64,000 nt of DNA from NCBI GenBank assembly GCA_964016885.1, contig OZ024740.1, positions 73,842,001 through 73,906,000 on the forward strand, in the 5' to 3' direction. The notes under the pieces were generated by a model that did not search any database, was not told the origin of the DNA, and saw nothing but the letters and a program-made list of their open reading frames with translations. The translations under genes and the position numbers were made by a program. The DNA comes from Eledone cirrhosa. Taxonomy: Eukaryota. This document shows positions 27,001 through 40,149 of the stretch, in pieces. The first letter of the stretch is position 1. Each line of letters starts with the position of its first letter.

Positions 27001-27111
27001 GTAAAAGAAACCTTAAAATATAACGGTAAAAGGTAAAAATGCAAAACTTTTGAAAAATGCAAAAAAAGTGTATAGAAAGAAAAATAAACTTTATATCATA
27101 ATACTATTAGT

Positions 27112-28083
27112 AATATTTAACTAGACATGAAAAATGCGCAAGCTCAAAAGTGCCACAGAATGTTATAATAAACCTTCAAAAGTGTGGGACTAGAGTTGTT
27201 GCTAAAAAATATTGTAATCATTATATATCGTACATACTGTGGCATCCTTTATAAAAATAGCTTAAACCAACGAAGCCTTTATTTTTACGCTATTTCACTT
27301 AGTTAATTCTTAGAGTGTAACATATAAAAATATGATTTACAACTATAAAATAAATTAATTAATATAATAACAGAGCTGCGGAGCTGAAATTTAGGAAATA
27401 ATGGAGTATCGGATCCTGAGTTGGAGCCAGTCAATTTTTGGCCGACTCCGCAGCCCTGTATAATACATTTCATATTAAAGTTATTAATAAACCTATTTTA
27501 CACTGCATGCAAATTACCATGAGATATTGATATTAGATATAAGATACAGCGCAATATCTACAGCTGTAAAAGTACGAAAGCGAAGTAATAATAAGTGGCT
27601 TAAGGTAATTCCAATATGAAAGTTTGTAGTGATAAAAATTTGATAATGCAATACGATTGTTAATACTATAGTTCTATGAAAATGTAACAATAGATAACTA
27701 AATTATTTTACTATTAGTATATTTAAGAAATTATCATTATAGATTTGATCGTTCATATAAGCATCATATTAATTTTCAACACAATTATTTTGTTACTATG
27801 AGTATATGATAATAATATTACGTAATTATTTATAGCTGTTATTACATTAAACATAGATGTATTTATTTTTATATGTTACACTCTAAGAATTAACTAAGTG
27901 AAATAGCGTAAAAATAAAGGCTTCGTTGGTTTAAGCTATTTTTATAAAGGATGCCACAGAATGTACGATATATAATGATTACAATATTTTTTAGCAACAA
28001 CTCTAGTCCCACACTTTTGAAGGTTTATTATAACATTCTGTGGCACTTTTGAGCTTGCGCATTTTTCATGTCTAGTTTAATAT
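27112..28083. mobile_element. Foldback/MITE with about 220-bp near-perfect inverted arms
   Basis: 27112-27330 is the reverse complement of about 27866-28083. Confidence 0.75.
27371..27458. mobile_element. 88-bp hAT-type MITE
   Basis: CAGAGCTGCGGAG...CTCCGCAGCCCTG TIRs; 8-bp TSD TATAATAA/TATAATAC (1 mismatch). Confidence 0.65.
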
Positions 28084-28629
28084 TTTTTTAAGGCAACGCT
28101 TGTAATAACTCTAGTTAAACAGGATATATATTAATAATAAATTATCGTTGTAATGTAATTAGATTATGTAATTGTTATTATAAATTATCTTATAAATATT
28201 AGTGTAAGATGTATAAAAATATTTTCAGACTTTTAATATAAACAACTACAAAAAACAATCAATATTAAATCAATATATTATACATAATAGAAAACATAAA
28301 ATAAACAATACAAAAACAAAATATTTACATACAATTGCAATTATCAGTGTATATACATTTTCTTTATATTCCCTGAGCAAATTAATAAGATTTGTTTTTA
28401 TTGTACATAATTTGATGACTTGTTGGAGTGTATTAAAAGATAGCAACAATTTGTGATTAAATTGTTATCTTAAGCAACTCACTTTTTAATAGTTGTTGGC
28501 TGAGCGAAATTGTAAAAGCCTATGAGCAAATATAAAAAAAAATACACAAACAACATTTCCTTGTGTTATTACAACATTAGATAAAATAATTGAGCAATGT
28601 CGTTATATTTTGCTCTTATTGCACATTAA

Positions 28630-28800
28630 TAGTGTTTCTATTTTTCGGCACAAATCCATTACGGCAGTCCATTACTGGTACTTTATTTTATCGAATTAGT
28701 AAGTATGAAAGTCGAAGTTAACCTCGGCAGGATTTGAACTTAGAATGCAAAGGACCATAACAATACTGCAAAGCATGGTGTCTGACGCTCTACCAATACT
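28630..28800 (-). mobile_element. Meta-like tRNA SINE (diverged)
   Basis: Same central domain and B box as the other copies. Confidence 0.7.
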
Positions 28801-29269
28801 TGTGTTGAGCTGGTCATTAATTTATGGTGGTCGTGCGTGGAGTAGAGCAATCGCTAGTTGAAATATTATGAACAAAACATTTTTATTTGCCGAAGAACAT
28901 ATTTTCAATACTGTTTGTGAATGTGACGAAGGAAATACATTCTGATATGGAACAGTGTACAAAGTGTGTCTGTGAATAACATAATGTTACCTCATGTTGT
29001 TGTCAAGACATAATGGATTTCGTATATCCAATTAGAAGATGAAACCTAGCCATCTCGGATTAGTTATATTTCATGCCATGTGTAAACGTGTTTGAGGATA
29101 GCAAAATATGCGTGTTTCTTGTCTGGAAACTTTCTGCTAAACTGATTGGTTTCGTTTTTGGCACTATACAATACTCATCCAACAGATAGCTGTATTGGAT
29201 CCTTGATTGGTTAATATTTAGGTGAGGGTGCTTGATGCAGAGTTAGTGCAAAATGGATCAATGAGTGTA

Positions 29270-29925
29270 ATAATAATAATGATAATAATAATGAAAATAT
29301 TGTGTACAATGCTGAGGTGCACTACAACTCATCAAAAGTGCATATATAATACATAGGGTAATATAAAAACGTCAGGAAAAAAGAACAGTGCATGAGTCAT
29401 GATATACACATATGTGCATGTGTATGGAAGGGGGACATCAGGTGTAGTTTTGGTGTATTTCGGCATGTATGATGGTTTTAAAGGATGCAGTGTGTCATCA
29501 GCTAACAACTGATGCAGGAAGTTTGTTCCATCCTTCAGCAACTCTGAGCATGAAGAAATATTTCCTAAAGTCATGGGAGCTGTGTTGTTTTCTGACTTTG
29601 TAGGCATGTCCACGTGTTAGACACATGGAGATCAAAAAGGTGTTCGGGGTTGTTGTTGGTCGGATGGTTAATAATTTTGTGGGTGTTTACCAAGTCCATT
29701 GCCAGAGGGAAGCAAAATATTCAGGGTATGGTAGGTGTCTGATGGAGGGTATGCGCTTGGTTGCATGTCTCTGAACAGTTTCCAGGAGGTCAATGTTCTG
29801 AGCAAGATAGGGGTTCCAGACTGATGACGCGAACTCCAAATGTATTCGTACCATAGATGTATACAGCTTTAAATAGATGGCTGGAGAGCAGCTAATGAAG
29901 GTCTTGCTGATTGATGCCAAGTCAA
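29270..29925 (-). mobile_element. CR1-group LINE 3' fragment
   Basis: LEFASSVWNPY...LETVQRHATKRI; (TTA)n tail; homologous to 34380-35050. Confidence 0.85.
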
Positions 29926-30107
29926 TCTTAATAAATTGACTGATTTATCTGTTCACTACTGCTAATCCACCGCTGTTTGTACAATTTTTTAGATAATGTC
30001 AATTTGAGCTTGAATCATTGGCGTAATGAAATTTGAAAAGATTATAAGCAAATCTTTTTTAAAATACACAGACAACATTTAACTGTATCGTTGCAACATT
30101 AGATCTA

Positions 30108-30287
30108 ATAATTGTTTCTACTTTAGGCACAAGGCCAGCAATTATCCAGTGCATTACTGGTACTTTATTTTATCTACCCCGTAAGGATGAAAGGCAAAGT
30201 CAACCTCGGCAGGATTTGAACTCAGATCGTAAAGGGACGTAACTATGCTGGAAAGCATGGCATCCGACCCTCTACCAATACTGCCAA
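30108..30287 (-). mobile_element. Meta-like tRNA SINE
   Basis: Matches the family consensus. Confidence 0.8.
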
Positions 30288-30918
30288 AATAATGGAGCAA
30301 CATTTGTGCAGAATTATTGTTTGTGCAATAAGATATTTGCAGATCTGTACTTGGTCTGCTCTTTAGCCAACTCGGTACGTTTAGAAGCTCTACGCTCGGC
30401 TTGCTTTTGAGATATAATAGCTGAATTTGCAGATCTATACTTGGCCTGCTTGTTTGCCAACTCATACCGTTTTGAACATCTATACTTGGCCTGTTTTTGT
30501 GTTAATTTAGCAAATTTCACAGCTCTATAATCGGCCTGTTTTTGTCTCAACTTCTCCCGATTCCGCATCCGGTAAGCTGCTTTCACATCCAATTTAATAC
30601 GCCCATCTAGATTATTAGCACAGGAATGTGAACAAGCTTGTGGGACCGCATCATTGTAAGTATATGAACTGCCTGCAACATCAAGACCCAATTCACAAGT
30701 GCAGCGTTGCTCATTCACATCGGCAGTGGGGACACCAAAATCAGTGACAGGTCTCGATTCACTCGCGAGATACATCACAGCTACACTATATATTTAAACA
30801 TATATACAGTGATACCTCGCTACTTGGCGGTTCAACTATCGCGGATTCACGATTTCGCGCATTTTTAGAATATATATATGAACACCTAAAATTTTTCATT
30901 AAATCCATTAAAATATTA

Positions 30919-31140
30919 ATAATTGTTTCTACTTTTGGCACAAGGCCAGCAATTATCCAGTACATTACTGGTACTTTATTTTATCGACCCCATAAGGATG
31001 AAAGGCAAAGTTAACCTCGGCGGGATTTGAACTCAGAATGGCAAGGTCCGTAACTCTATGCGTCAAAGCATGGCGTCCAACCCTCTACCGATACTGCCAA
31101 TTCACCAAATATTAATAATAAACACAGTTCTAATCATACG

Positions 31141-31177
<37 letters not shown>

Positions 31178-31417
31178 TAAGTAATTAATACCGTATAAAT
31201 GGTACAAAGACTGTTTATGTAAAATGTATTTCTCAACAGAGTATTGAATACTTAGGAGAAATTCAAAACGAAGATGAAAGGCAAAGTTAACCTCGGCGGG
31301 ATTTGAACTCAGAATGGCAAGGGCCGTAACTCTATGCGTCAAAGCATGGCGTCCAACCCTCTACCGATACTGCCAATTCACCAAATATTAATAATAAACA
31401 CAGTTCTAATCATACGC

Positions 31418-31449
<32 letters not shown>

Positions 31450-31735
31450 TAAGTAATTAATACCGTATAAAAGGCAAAGTTAACCTCGGCGGGATTTAAA
31501 CTCAGAATGGCAAGGGCCGTAACTCTATGCGTCAAAGCATGGCGTCCAACCCTCTACCGATACTGCCAATTCACCAAATATTAATAATAAACACAGTTCT
31601 AATCATACGCTATATATATATATATATATATATATAAATATAAGTAATTAATACCGTATAAATGGTACAAAGACTGTTTATGTAAAATGTATTTCTCAAC
31701 AGAGTATTGAATACTTAGGAGAAATTCAAAACGAA
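30919..31735 (-). repeat. Meta-like SINE plus flank, tandemly triplicated
   Basis: SINE head + unique flank + (TA)n unit recurs at about 30997, 31274 and 31470. Confidence 0.85.
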
Positions 31736-31923
31736 GAGTGATAAAATTTCAAGCAAAGAGTTTAATTAGGTAATGACTTACAAATTTGTTTCAGTATATA
31801 GACAAAGCCTGAAGCGCTAATTATAATAATTAGTTAATAATATTATATTAAAGATATACTGAAACAAATTTATAAGTCATTACCTAATTAAACTCTTTGC
31901 TTGAAATGTTATCATTCTTCGTT
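31730..31923. repeat. About 68-bp inverted repeat (MITE-like)
   Basis: ACGAAGAGTGATAAAATTTCAAGCAAAGAG... pairs with ...CTCTTTGCTTGAAATGTTATCATTCTTCGT. Confidence 0.7.
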
Positions 31924-32560
31924 GAGAGAGAGAGAGAGAGAGAGATTTATCTAGTCCTTCGCTCAAGATTAATCTATAAGTTTAGATGTCTGCCTTCGTT
32001 TAAGTAAATATTACAGTAAGATTTTTAATATAAACAACTACAAAAAACAATTAATATTAAAACGAAAAAATTATCAATGATAAAAGAAGCGGATGCAACT
32101 TTTTTTTTTATAAAGTTATATTCCTGTTTCTTTAAAGAACATTTCATTTTTGTTCTATTGTAGGCGAAATAATGCAATGGTTTAATAGGGAAGATATAAC
32201 TTACCAATTATGTCTCTAACCGTGTAACGCTTTTTAAGTAGATAACTACAATTGAAAATACTAAAAAAATGGAACCAACAATTCAATTTGAAAGTCGTCT
32301 ACTTATAGTGACAGTGTATTACTGGTACTTTATTTTATCGACCCCGTAACGATGAAAGGCAAAAATGCAAATGTTTAAAATTTAAATTGCCTTAATTCTA
32401 TCGTCTGCTGTTTCATTAAAGGGAGATTCTCGTCTGTATTTAATTCTATCGTCGACTGTTCCACTAAACAGATATACCTCCACTATCGTCTCTATTTATA
32501 CATTTTAACTTATAACTTATACACATTTGATTTGAAATATTTTATCTAGTCCCCCCTCTC

Positions 32561-32611
32561 AATATTATGATGATTTCTTTCGAATGAAACAGTTCTAGTC
32601 CTGTAGAAGCC
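32561..32611 (+). ncRNA. Degenerate hammerhead (same family as 52752-52802)
   Basis: ATGATGA-TTTC..GAAT-GAAA-CAGTTCTAGTCCTG-TA-GAA; C3 and stem I are mutated. Confidence 0.5.
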
Positions 32612-33300
32612 ATTTATATATATAATTGAACTGAGTTAAAAATTCACAATATTTATAATTAAATAAGCTCATATATATATGTGTGTATTTATCTGTTTAT
32701 TTTATTATATATAATGTGTGTATATACAGGATGTCCCCCAAAAATATATACACACTTCAACAGCATTCTAATAACTATTGCCTGTACAGGTAATCAAAGT
32801 GTCAATCGAATGTTAGTTTCGTGTTTTAACAGTACAAATTTACAATACACACATAAAACCAGTGTATATACATACATGAGTGTGTATACACATACATGAA
32901 TGTGTATATACAATATATATGTATATATATATAGACACATATATTCACGGTGCAACGGAACATTAAAATATAGATGCGGGAGGGGGGTGTATATATAGGG
33001 GCGCTGGGGATAAAGGAGTGTAAAGCGTGTGTAATTGATATATTGAAGGAGAGGAGCGTGCAGCGATAGAGTAACAAATATATAGAGAGGGGGAGAGATG
33101 ATATAGAGAGGGGGAGAGATGGTATTGAAGGGGAGGAGTGCAAAGCGAAAGAGTAAGAGAGATATATATAGAGACGGAACAGATAGAGAGAAACAGGCGT
33201 AAGTAACAGTGGAAGAGATATATAGAGAGGGGGAAATGTGTTATTGAAGGGGAGGAGTGTAAAGCGAAAGCGTAAGATATATATATAGAGAGGGGGAATA

Positions 33301-33348
<48 letters not shown>

Positions 33349-33689
33349 ACACTTACTCTGATTGGTTGAAAATTAGCCAATGACATACGATCACCACCAC
33401 CACGGCTATCCCCGAAAAATTTATGAAGAAGCTAGGCATATATGTTAGTTATGTTAGAACACGAACAGTGAACATTCTGTTGTTTCACACTTTTCGTGTT
33501 CTAACAGATTCCATATATATTTCAATAATTGTAAACATTTATAAAAATTTTAATTTTTCATGTGTATGTTTTGTAGTAACTATAATTTACTAATGATTGG
33601 TATATGGAATGTCAAAGAGCTATATGTGATCAAGAGAACCGAAGTTTGGGTCACACTTGGTGTATAATTAAGAATATCGAGGCAGATAA

Positions 33690-34135
33690 TCATTATCATC
33701 AATCATCACCGTTTTACGGCTGTTCTTCCACGCTAGCATGGGTTAGACGAGTTGTCCTGTTGTGGGCAGTGTCCGGTCGGCTGACCTCGTCTTGCTCATA
33801 CAGGAACTGATTCTGGCTTGATTTCTACAGCTGGATGCCCTTCCTAACACCAACCACATTTACAGTGAGTGCTGGGTGCTTTTTTTCCGTGGTGCCTACA
33901 CGTCCACTTTACAGTGTGGGCTGGGTGCTTTTTTGCCGTGGCACCTCCACGGCCACTTTTGCAGTGGAATGATAGGGACCCAGTCCCATTATCTCATTTC
34001 TACAGCTGAGTAAACTGGAGCAATGTGAAATAAAGTGTCTTGTTCAAGGAAACAACACATCACCCGGTCCGAGAATTGAACTCACAACCTTTCGATTGCA
34101 AGCCCAATGCTCTAACCACTAAACCACGTGCCTCC
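33690..34135 (-). mobile_element. CORE-type tRNA SINE (tail type A)
   Basis: Same family as 3395-3842; the empty site is visible in paralogous sequence at 60-90; short ATAA duplication. Confidence 0.85.
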
Positions 34136-34379
34136 ATAAATATTTAATAATTAATGTCTGACAAACATCAAACGTTGTCCAGTTTATGTTACAAATAAAC
34201 GTAGTGTCTAGACAAGGTATTGTACTGATGTTAAAAATATAAACTTTTTCTGTTGATATTAACATATGGGGAATAGTAAAAATTGGAATGGAATGTCGAA
34301 AGAAAAACGAAACACAGAAAGTATTAAAACATTTTAACTGTCGTAAAATTTCTTGTTTTCTCCAGTTTTGTTTCTCTTT

Positions 34380-35645
34380 ATAATAATAATAATAATGAAA
34401 TTATTGTGTACAGTGCTCATGTGCACTACAACTCATCAAAGGTGCATGTATAGTACATAGAATAATATACAAATGTCAGGAAAATGAACAGTGTACGAGT
34501 CATGAAATACATGTGTGCGTGTGTATGGAGGGGTGATATCAGGTATAGAGTTGGCAAATCTCAGGAAGCATGGAGGTTTTAAAGGATGCAGCGTCTCGAC
34601 AGCTAACAACTGATGCAGGTAGTTTGTTCCATGCTTCAGCAACTCTGAGCGTGAAAAAATGTTTCCAAAAGTCATGGGAGCTGTGCTGTTTTCTGACTTT
34701 GTTGGCATGCCCACGTGTGTTAGACACATGGAAATCAAAAAGCTGCTCAGGGTTGTTATTGGAAAGATGGTTAATAATTTTGTGGGTGTTTACCAAGTCA
34801 GTTGCCAGATGTCGGAGCTTCAATGTATCCATGCACAGGGAAGCAAGGCGCTCAGAGTATGGTAGGTGTCTGATGGAGGATTTTCGCTTGGTTGCACATC
34901 CCTGAACAGTTTCCAGGCATTCAATGTTCTGAGCAAGATAGGGGTTCCAGACTGGTGATGCAAATTCTAAGTGTGGCAGTACCATAGCTATATACAGCTT
35001 TAAATTGATAGCTGGAGAGCGGCTGACAAAGCTCTTGCTGAGTGATGTGAAGACACCCTCAGCCTTCTGGACTATTTTAGAGATGTGCTTCATCCAACGC
35101 AAATCGCTGCTGACAGTAATGCCCAGGTCACATTTACAAGAAGACTTCTTGATATTCGTGTTGTGGAGGGAGTATGTGGATGCTGGGTTTTTACTCCCAA
35201 AATGCATGGTGGTACACTTGTCCACAGCCAACTTGAGTTGCCAGTCTGTGATCCATTGTTGCATTTTGTCCAGATCAGATTGCAGGAAAGATCTATAGTG
35301 TTCAGGATCTGTCCTTTTTATCTCAAGGTACAGCTTGATGTCATCTGCATATTTCAGTACTGTGGCATTCTTTAAATTGGCATCTATGTCATTAATATAT
35401 GCCACAAACAAAAGGGGACCAAGAAGAGATCCCTGCGGTATACCAGATGACATCTCATACGGTGAGCAATGCTGTCCTAGAAACATGACTACCTCTCTTC
35501 GACTAAGAATGAAGGACTTCAACCAGTTAAAAAGATCATCCTTCACACCCATTGCAGAGAGTTTTGCTATAAGTTTTTTGTGTGGCACAGAATTGAAAGC
35601 TTTAGCAAAGTCAAGGTAAACAACATCCACCCATGAGCTGCCATC
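34380..35645 (-). mobile_element. CR1-group LINE, 5'-truncated RT
   Basis: 363-aa ORF: YLDFAKAFNSVPH, SGIPQGSLLGPLLF, KYADD; (TTA)n tail. Confidence 0.92.
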
Positions 35646-36419
35646 TTAGAGAACACATCAAAACAAATAAATGTATGTAAAATGATACACATATACAAAA
35701 TAGATGTTTATATATATATATCAGTAATACTTACATATTAATATAGACCTAACGAGGCAGATATCACAATATGTTAAATTAGTCAAAATTTAAGACATAG
35801 AAGACAATGATAGATTGAAGAGAACCTCTAGAGTTTACAGTAAAACGTTGGTTTTCATTTATACTTCAACATAAAAAATAATATTGTAGCTATTTCTTTA
35901 CAAAATTAACCAGCAATCATCTATATTTAATTAGACTCAGTAATATAGATGTTTATGAAACAATAGCAGGATACAAACAGAATTATTTGAAGAGATTTAA
36001 CTTTTTTGTTAAATAGCTAATATTACGATATAACATTTATGCATACAAATAAATGCAATTCATATGTAAAAAAAAAGAAGGGAAAATGGGAGAAGGCGTA
36101 CATACTTAATCACATGCCACAATAAGGGGCGCTAGTGTTTTCCTCTAATATTTTTATGCAAAGCTACTTACACGCATCATTACCTCAAGTGGTAGAGTGG
36201 CTAAGATGTTGGAATAATCAAGTGCTCTCACGAGCACCACCTGATATCTTGCTAAAGCAAGGCATCAACAATGACACAAATCTTATTGTAAGCAGCTTAG
36301 CTCCCCCAACCGTGTCGAACGCCAAAGGCTGAATTGTTAGTTTGCCGATAATTTGTGGTGTTTTAGAATTTTATTCCTCCTCCTCCTCCTCATCATCATC
36401 ATCATCAGCACCACCATGT

Positions 36420-37890
36420 CACCTCTGCTGTTCCCTCCATAGGACTGCAATACTGCTGGCATCCTCTCCTTATTTGTCATCCTCAGACATCCAAGACATG
36501 TTGCAGCAGTCAGGAATTCATACTTGTTGCTGTTCCCTACCCTCCATTGAGACATGCAGCGGGAATTTGGGAGCTTGACCCAGACTTTATCTCCGACTTG
36601 CGTGAATGCAGGCCCTTTCTCTTCCACAGGTCGCCATTCATAGCTGAATGTTGTTCTGTGTAGCACCGATTCCTCAGCCTATCCTGATCAGGTTCACACA
36701 TTATACCAAAACACTCCCCTCTCTGCCATGGCATTGACCGTGTGATTGCATCTCCCTACAATCCCATTTCCACTTGGCCTATATGTTGCTCTGAAGAAAT
36801 GGCTCGCGTTTCACTTATCAAACATTACCTTCAGCACCTTTGTACAAAATCCAGTGCTATTCCCCATCAGCAGCTCATTCACAGAGCCCCACTCTGGGAA
36901 TATCTCAGTCAGCATTCGTGCAATTTCATCTGCAGTCCCTGTCTTTGTTTCCCTCCATATTGCGATCTGCTTTGGTCCACAGTTGACCATGTAGAGATAC
37001 GTTTCCTATCGGTAGGACATCACATCCATTGCCAATCCTTTCCAGTTGTGTTCCACTGGTATTTTTCCCATCTCATTCACACTTGGAGCGGGGGTTGATG
37101 GACTGACACCTGTCACAACTCATGTTTGGTAATGTTAGAGTCAATTTTCCTGGCTAATAACAGGGTTCATTCCACTCCCATATGATGTATAGTATACTAT
37201 CTCCTTATCTCTGTGTCACTCGGATGACACACTGCAACCACCCCCAACTCCAAATCCTCTGGCACTTCCAACTAAGCTTCCTTCATTCTAGATAAAATGC
37301 CTGTCTTATTCCATTCGAAGTGCACAAACACCATGCTCAACTTCAGGCTGAACTCAGCCATTAGTTCTCCCAAAATTCCCAGGTGGCGCTTTATTAACAT
37401 TTTTATTAACTGCTTTTGTTCTTACCCTTCTCTCATTGGGGATCATTGATCCCACTCATCTAAGTACAGTGGACAAATCAGTTCGAATCTTGACAGTATG
37501 CAGCCCCATCTCAGGGCCAGATTCACTTTCTTCAGAATTACATCCAATTCAGCCATGTTGGTATGGTTGCAGTTGTTCTTCTTAAACCAAGCTGCATCTT
37601 CTACTTCAACACACCCTATTTCTAGAACAATCCGTATTGCTATGCTGTTAGCATCTCACCATACAGTCCAACTCTCCAATTTGAGTACATACCAGCTTCC
37701 TCATACTGGGTCCTCCACCCTTACCCTCTCCAGGATCTCTTGCATCATAGCCACCATCTTCTCTATCACTCTGCTCCCCCAGCCCACCCTATTTGCTTGT
37801 CTCTTGATGTGGCTACATGCTGTTTGGTGCCACCCCCACAATCGGATTGTGGTCCACCAGTCTCCCACACATTTAATGTACAATGTTAGC
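36420..37890 (-). mobile_element. Degraded Gypsy-type LTR retrotransposon internal region
   Basis: Integrase remnants YRPSGNGIVGRC and GDKVWVKLPN on minus. Confidence 0.55.
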
Positions 37891-37951
37891 TATGATCAAC
37901 TACATCTCAAGTTTACTAGATAATCAACATCATTATCATTTAATGTACAAG

Positions 37952-38143
37952 GTGAGTGGATTGGCAGTATCGGTAGTGCATTGGACAACATGCTTTGGCA
38001 GCGTAGAGTTACTGTCCTTTATGTTCTGTGTTTAAATACTGTCAAGGTTAGTTTTGCCTTTCATCCTTACGGGGTCGATAAAATAAAGTACCAGTAATGT
38101 ACTGGGTAATTGCTGGCCTTGTGCCAAAAGTAGAAACAATTAT
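37952..38143 (+). mobile_element. Meta-like tRNA SINE
   Basis: Matches the family consensus. Confidence 0.75.
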
Positions 38144-40149
38144 CATTTAATGTACAAAGTTGGCTACCATCAACCAACTGGTTACATCATATATACATTA
38201 GATGACCAACATCATTTAATGTACAGAGTTAGCTTATTGCTTATCTCCCATTCACTACATAACCTCTGAGATCTAGTATTTAGTATCAAATATTGTCAAC
38301 AAATTATATATCTTCAAATTAATCAATCAATAAAGATGAATTTGGAGAAATGTATACCTTTTATAATACATTGATCAAGTTTGTGATTTCTATAGTTTAC
38401 TAGACCACCTGTGACCCATTGGGTCACGTTCACTTGAAAATATTTTTTTAAAAATCATGTTCACTTAAAAATAATTTTTAAATAATTAATATATATATAT
38501 GTCTATGTGTGTATACATATATATGTGTGTGTGTGTGTGTATTTCATTCAACAACACCACCAACTCTCTCTCTCTTCCATTTTCCTTCTCTCTCTCTCTA
38601 TGTTTCTCTTTCAATTTACTCTTTCACAACCACTATCTCTTTCTCTCTATCTTTCTCTTTCTTTATTTATGAAGGTACACAGCAAAACCCTGTATCTCAA
38701 GAACTTGTTTTATTCCATTTGTATTCCCATTTCAGGGGCAACTTCTTTTCAAAGCATTTTCCCATTATGCACACAATCATAGAATTTTAGTAGTATATAG
38801 AGAGATAGTTGTACCAACACAAGTTTTGGTTAGGTGTTCTAAATATAAAATTAGAAATGAATAATTACAGAGTAAACCAACTTTATTTAAATTTCAGGTT
38901 TTTTTAATAATTACAAAGAGTGATGAGGTCAGAAGTCAGGATTCTTGGCCTTACAGTGCAGATGACAAAAGATTGAGAAAATGTGCTGATATCTGGTATC
39001 ATAGACATGTAAAGCTTATACCAGCATGTACAAGGAACATTAAAACATCAATGAGGATGATTCACAAATATATATCACCCACCTTGTGATTATATTAAGT
39101 TTAAGGTTACTTTGACACTTGTAAATTAAAATTTAATTTAACCATCAAGTCATGTGTAATAGTAGTGTACAAAGATGATGAAACCTTAATGAACTGAGAG
39201 AAAAACTGGATATAAGAGAGATCAGATGCTGGGTACAAGAGAGAAGATTGAGCTGGTATGGATATGTAATATATATGTAGGATGACAGCTGTTCAGGGCA
39301 CTCAAAGTGGATGGAACCTGTGGATGGAACCTTGGTGAAAGACAAAGTGGTGAAAGCTGACTTAAAGCAGCTAAACCTCACAATGGAAATGACAAAGAAC
39401 ATAATGATTAGAAACATGCCATACTGGGGAAAATCTGCCCTCTGATACAAGCAGGATGAAAAGAGCATTGAAAAGATAGTAGTATGCAGGTTGAAAGATA
39501 TATATACATATATCAACCTTTAGGTTCTTCAAGTAATATTCCCTTTTGACTCTCCATCTGGTGTCCTCTCACCTACATACTTCTTTGATTTGTTTCCCTC
39601 TCATCTGAATCATTCACACTCATCTTACCATCTTATATCTTTTAATATTACACTTGTCTCACTTTGAACATGAAATTGTTTTTCCTGTGGTTTTTTATGT
39701 TTTGGATGAATTTGACATTTAAAACCCTTTCATGACCGTATTTCTAATTAAATACACTCTATTTCAATTGATCAATGAAGAATTTTGAATGATTTACTAA
39801 AATCATTAATTATTTCATGACTAAGATAGTAACTTAATTTAAATTGGATCCTTTGAAATGGGTGGTTTTATTTCATAGAACCAGAGCTGATTTTGGCTGG
39901 GTTCATAGCTAAAGGGTTAAAACTATTGGAAATGATTCTTTTTTTAGTTAACTGGGGGAGTTGAGGTACACTTGAATTTCTTGGATCTGGAGGTAAATTT
40001 ACATGTGTCTTATTTTGGAGGTGAAAATTGTTTTTTCTATAAAACTGTGAGATAATATTCGTTTTTTGGTTAACTAGCTGTCCACAGTAAATGCTTTTTT
40101 CTATCTTCACCTGCTGTCATGTCTCAATGTTAGTCACCTCCCATGACAC

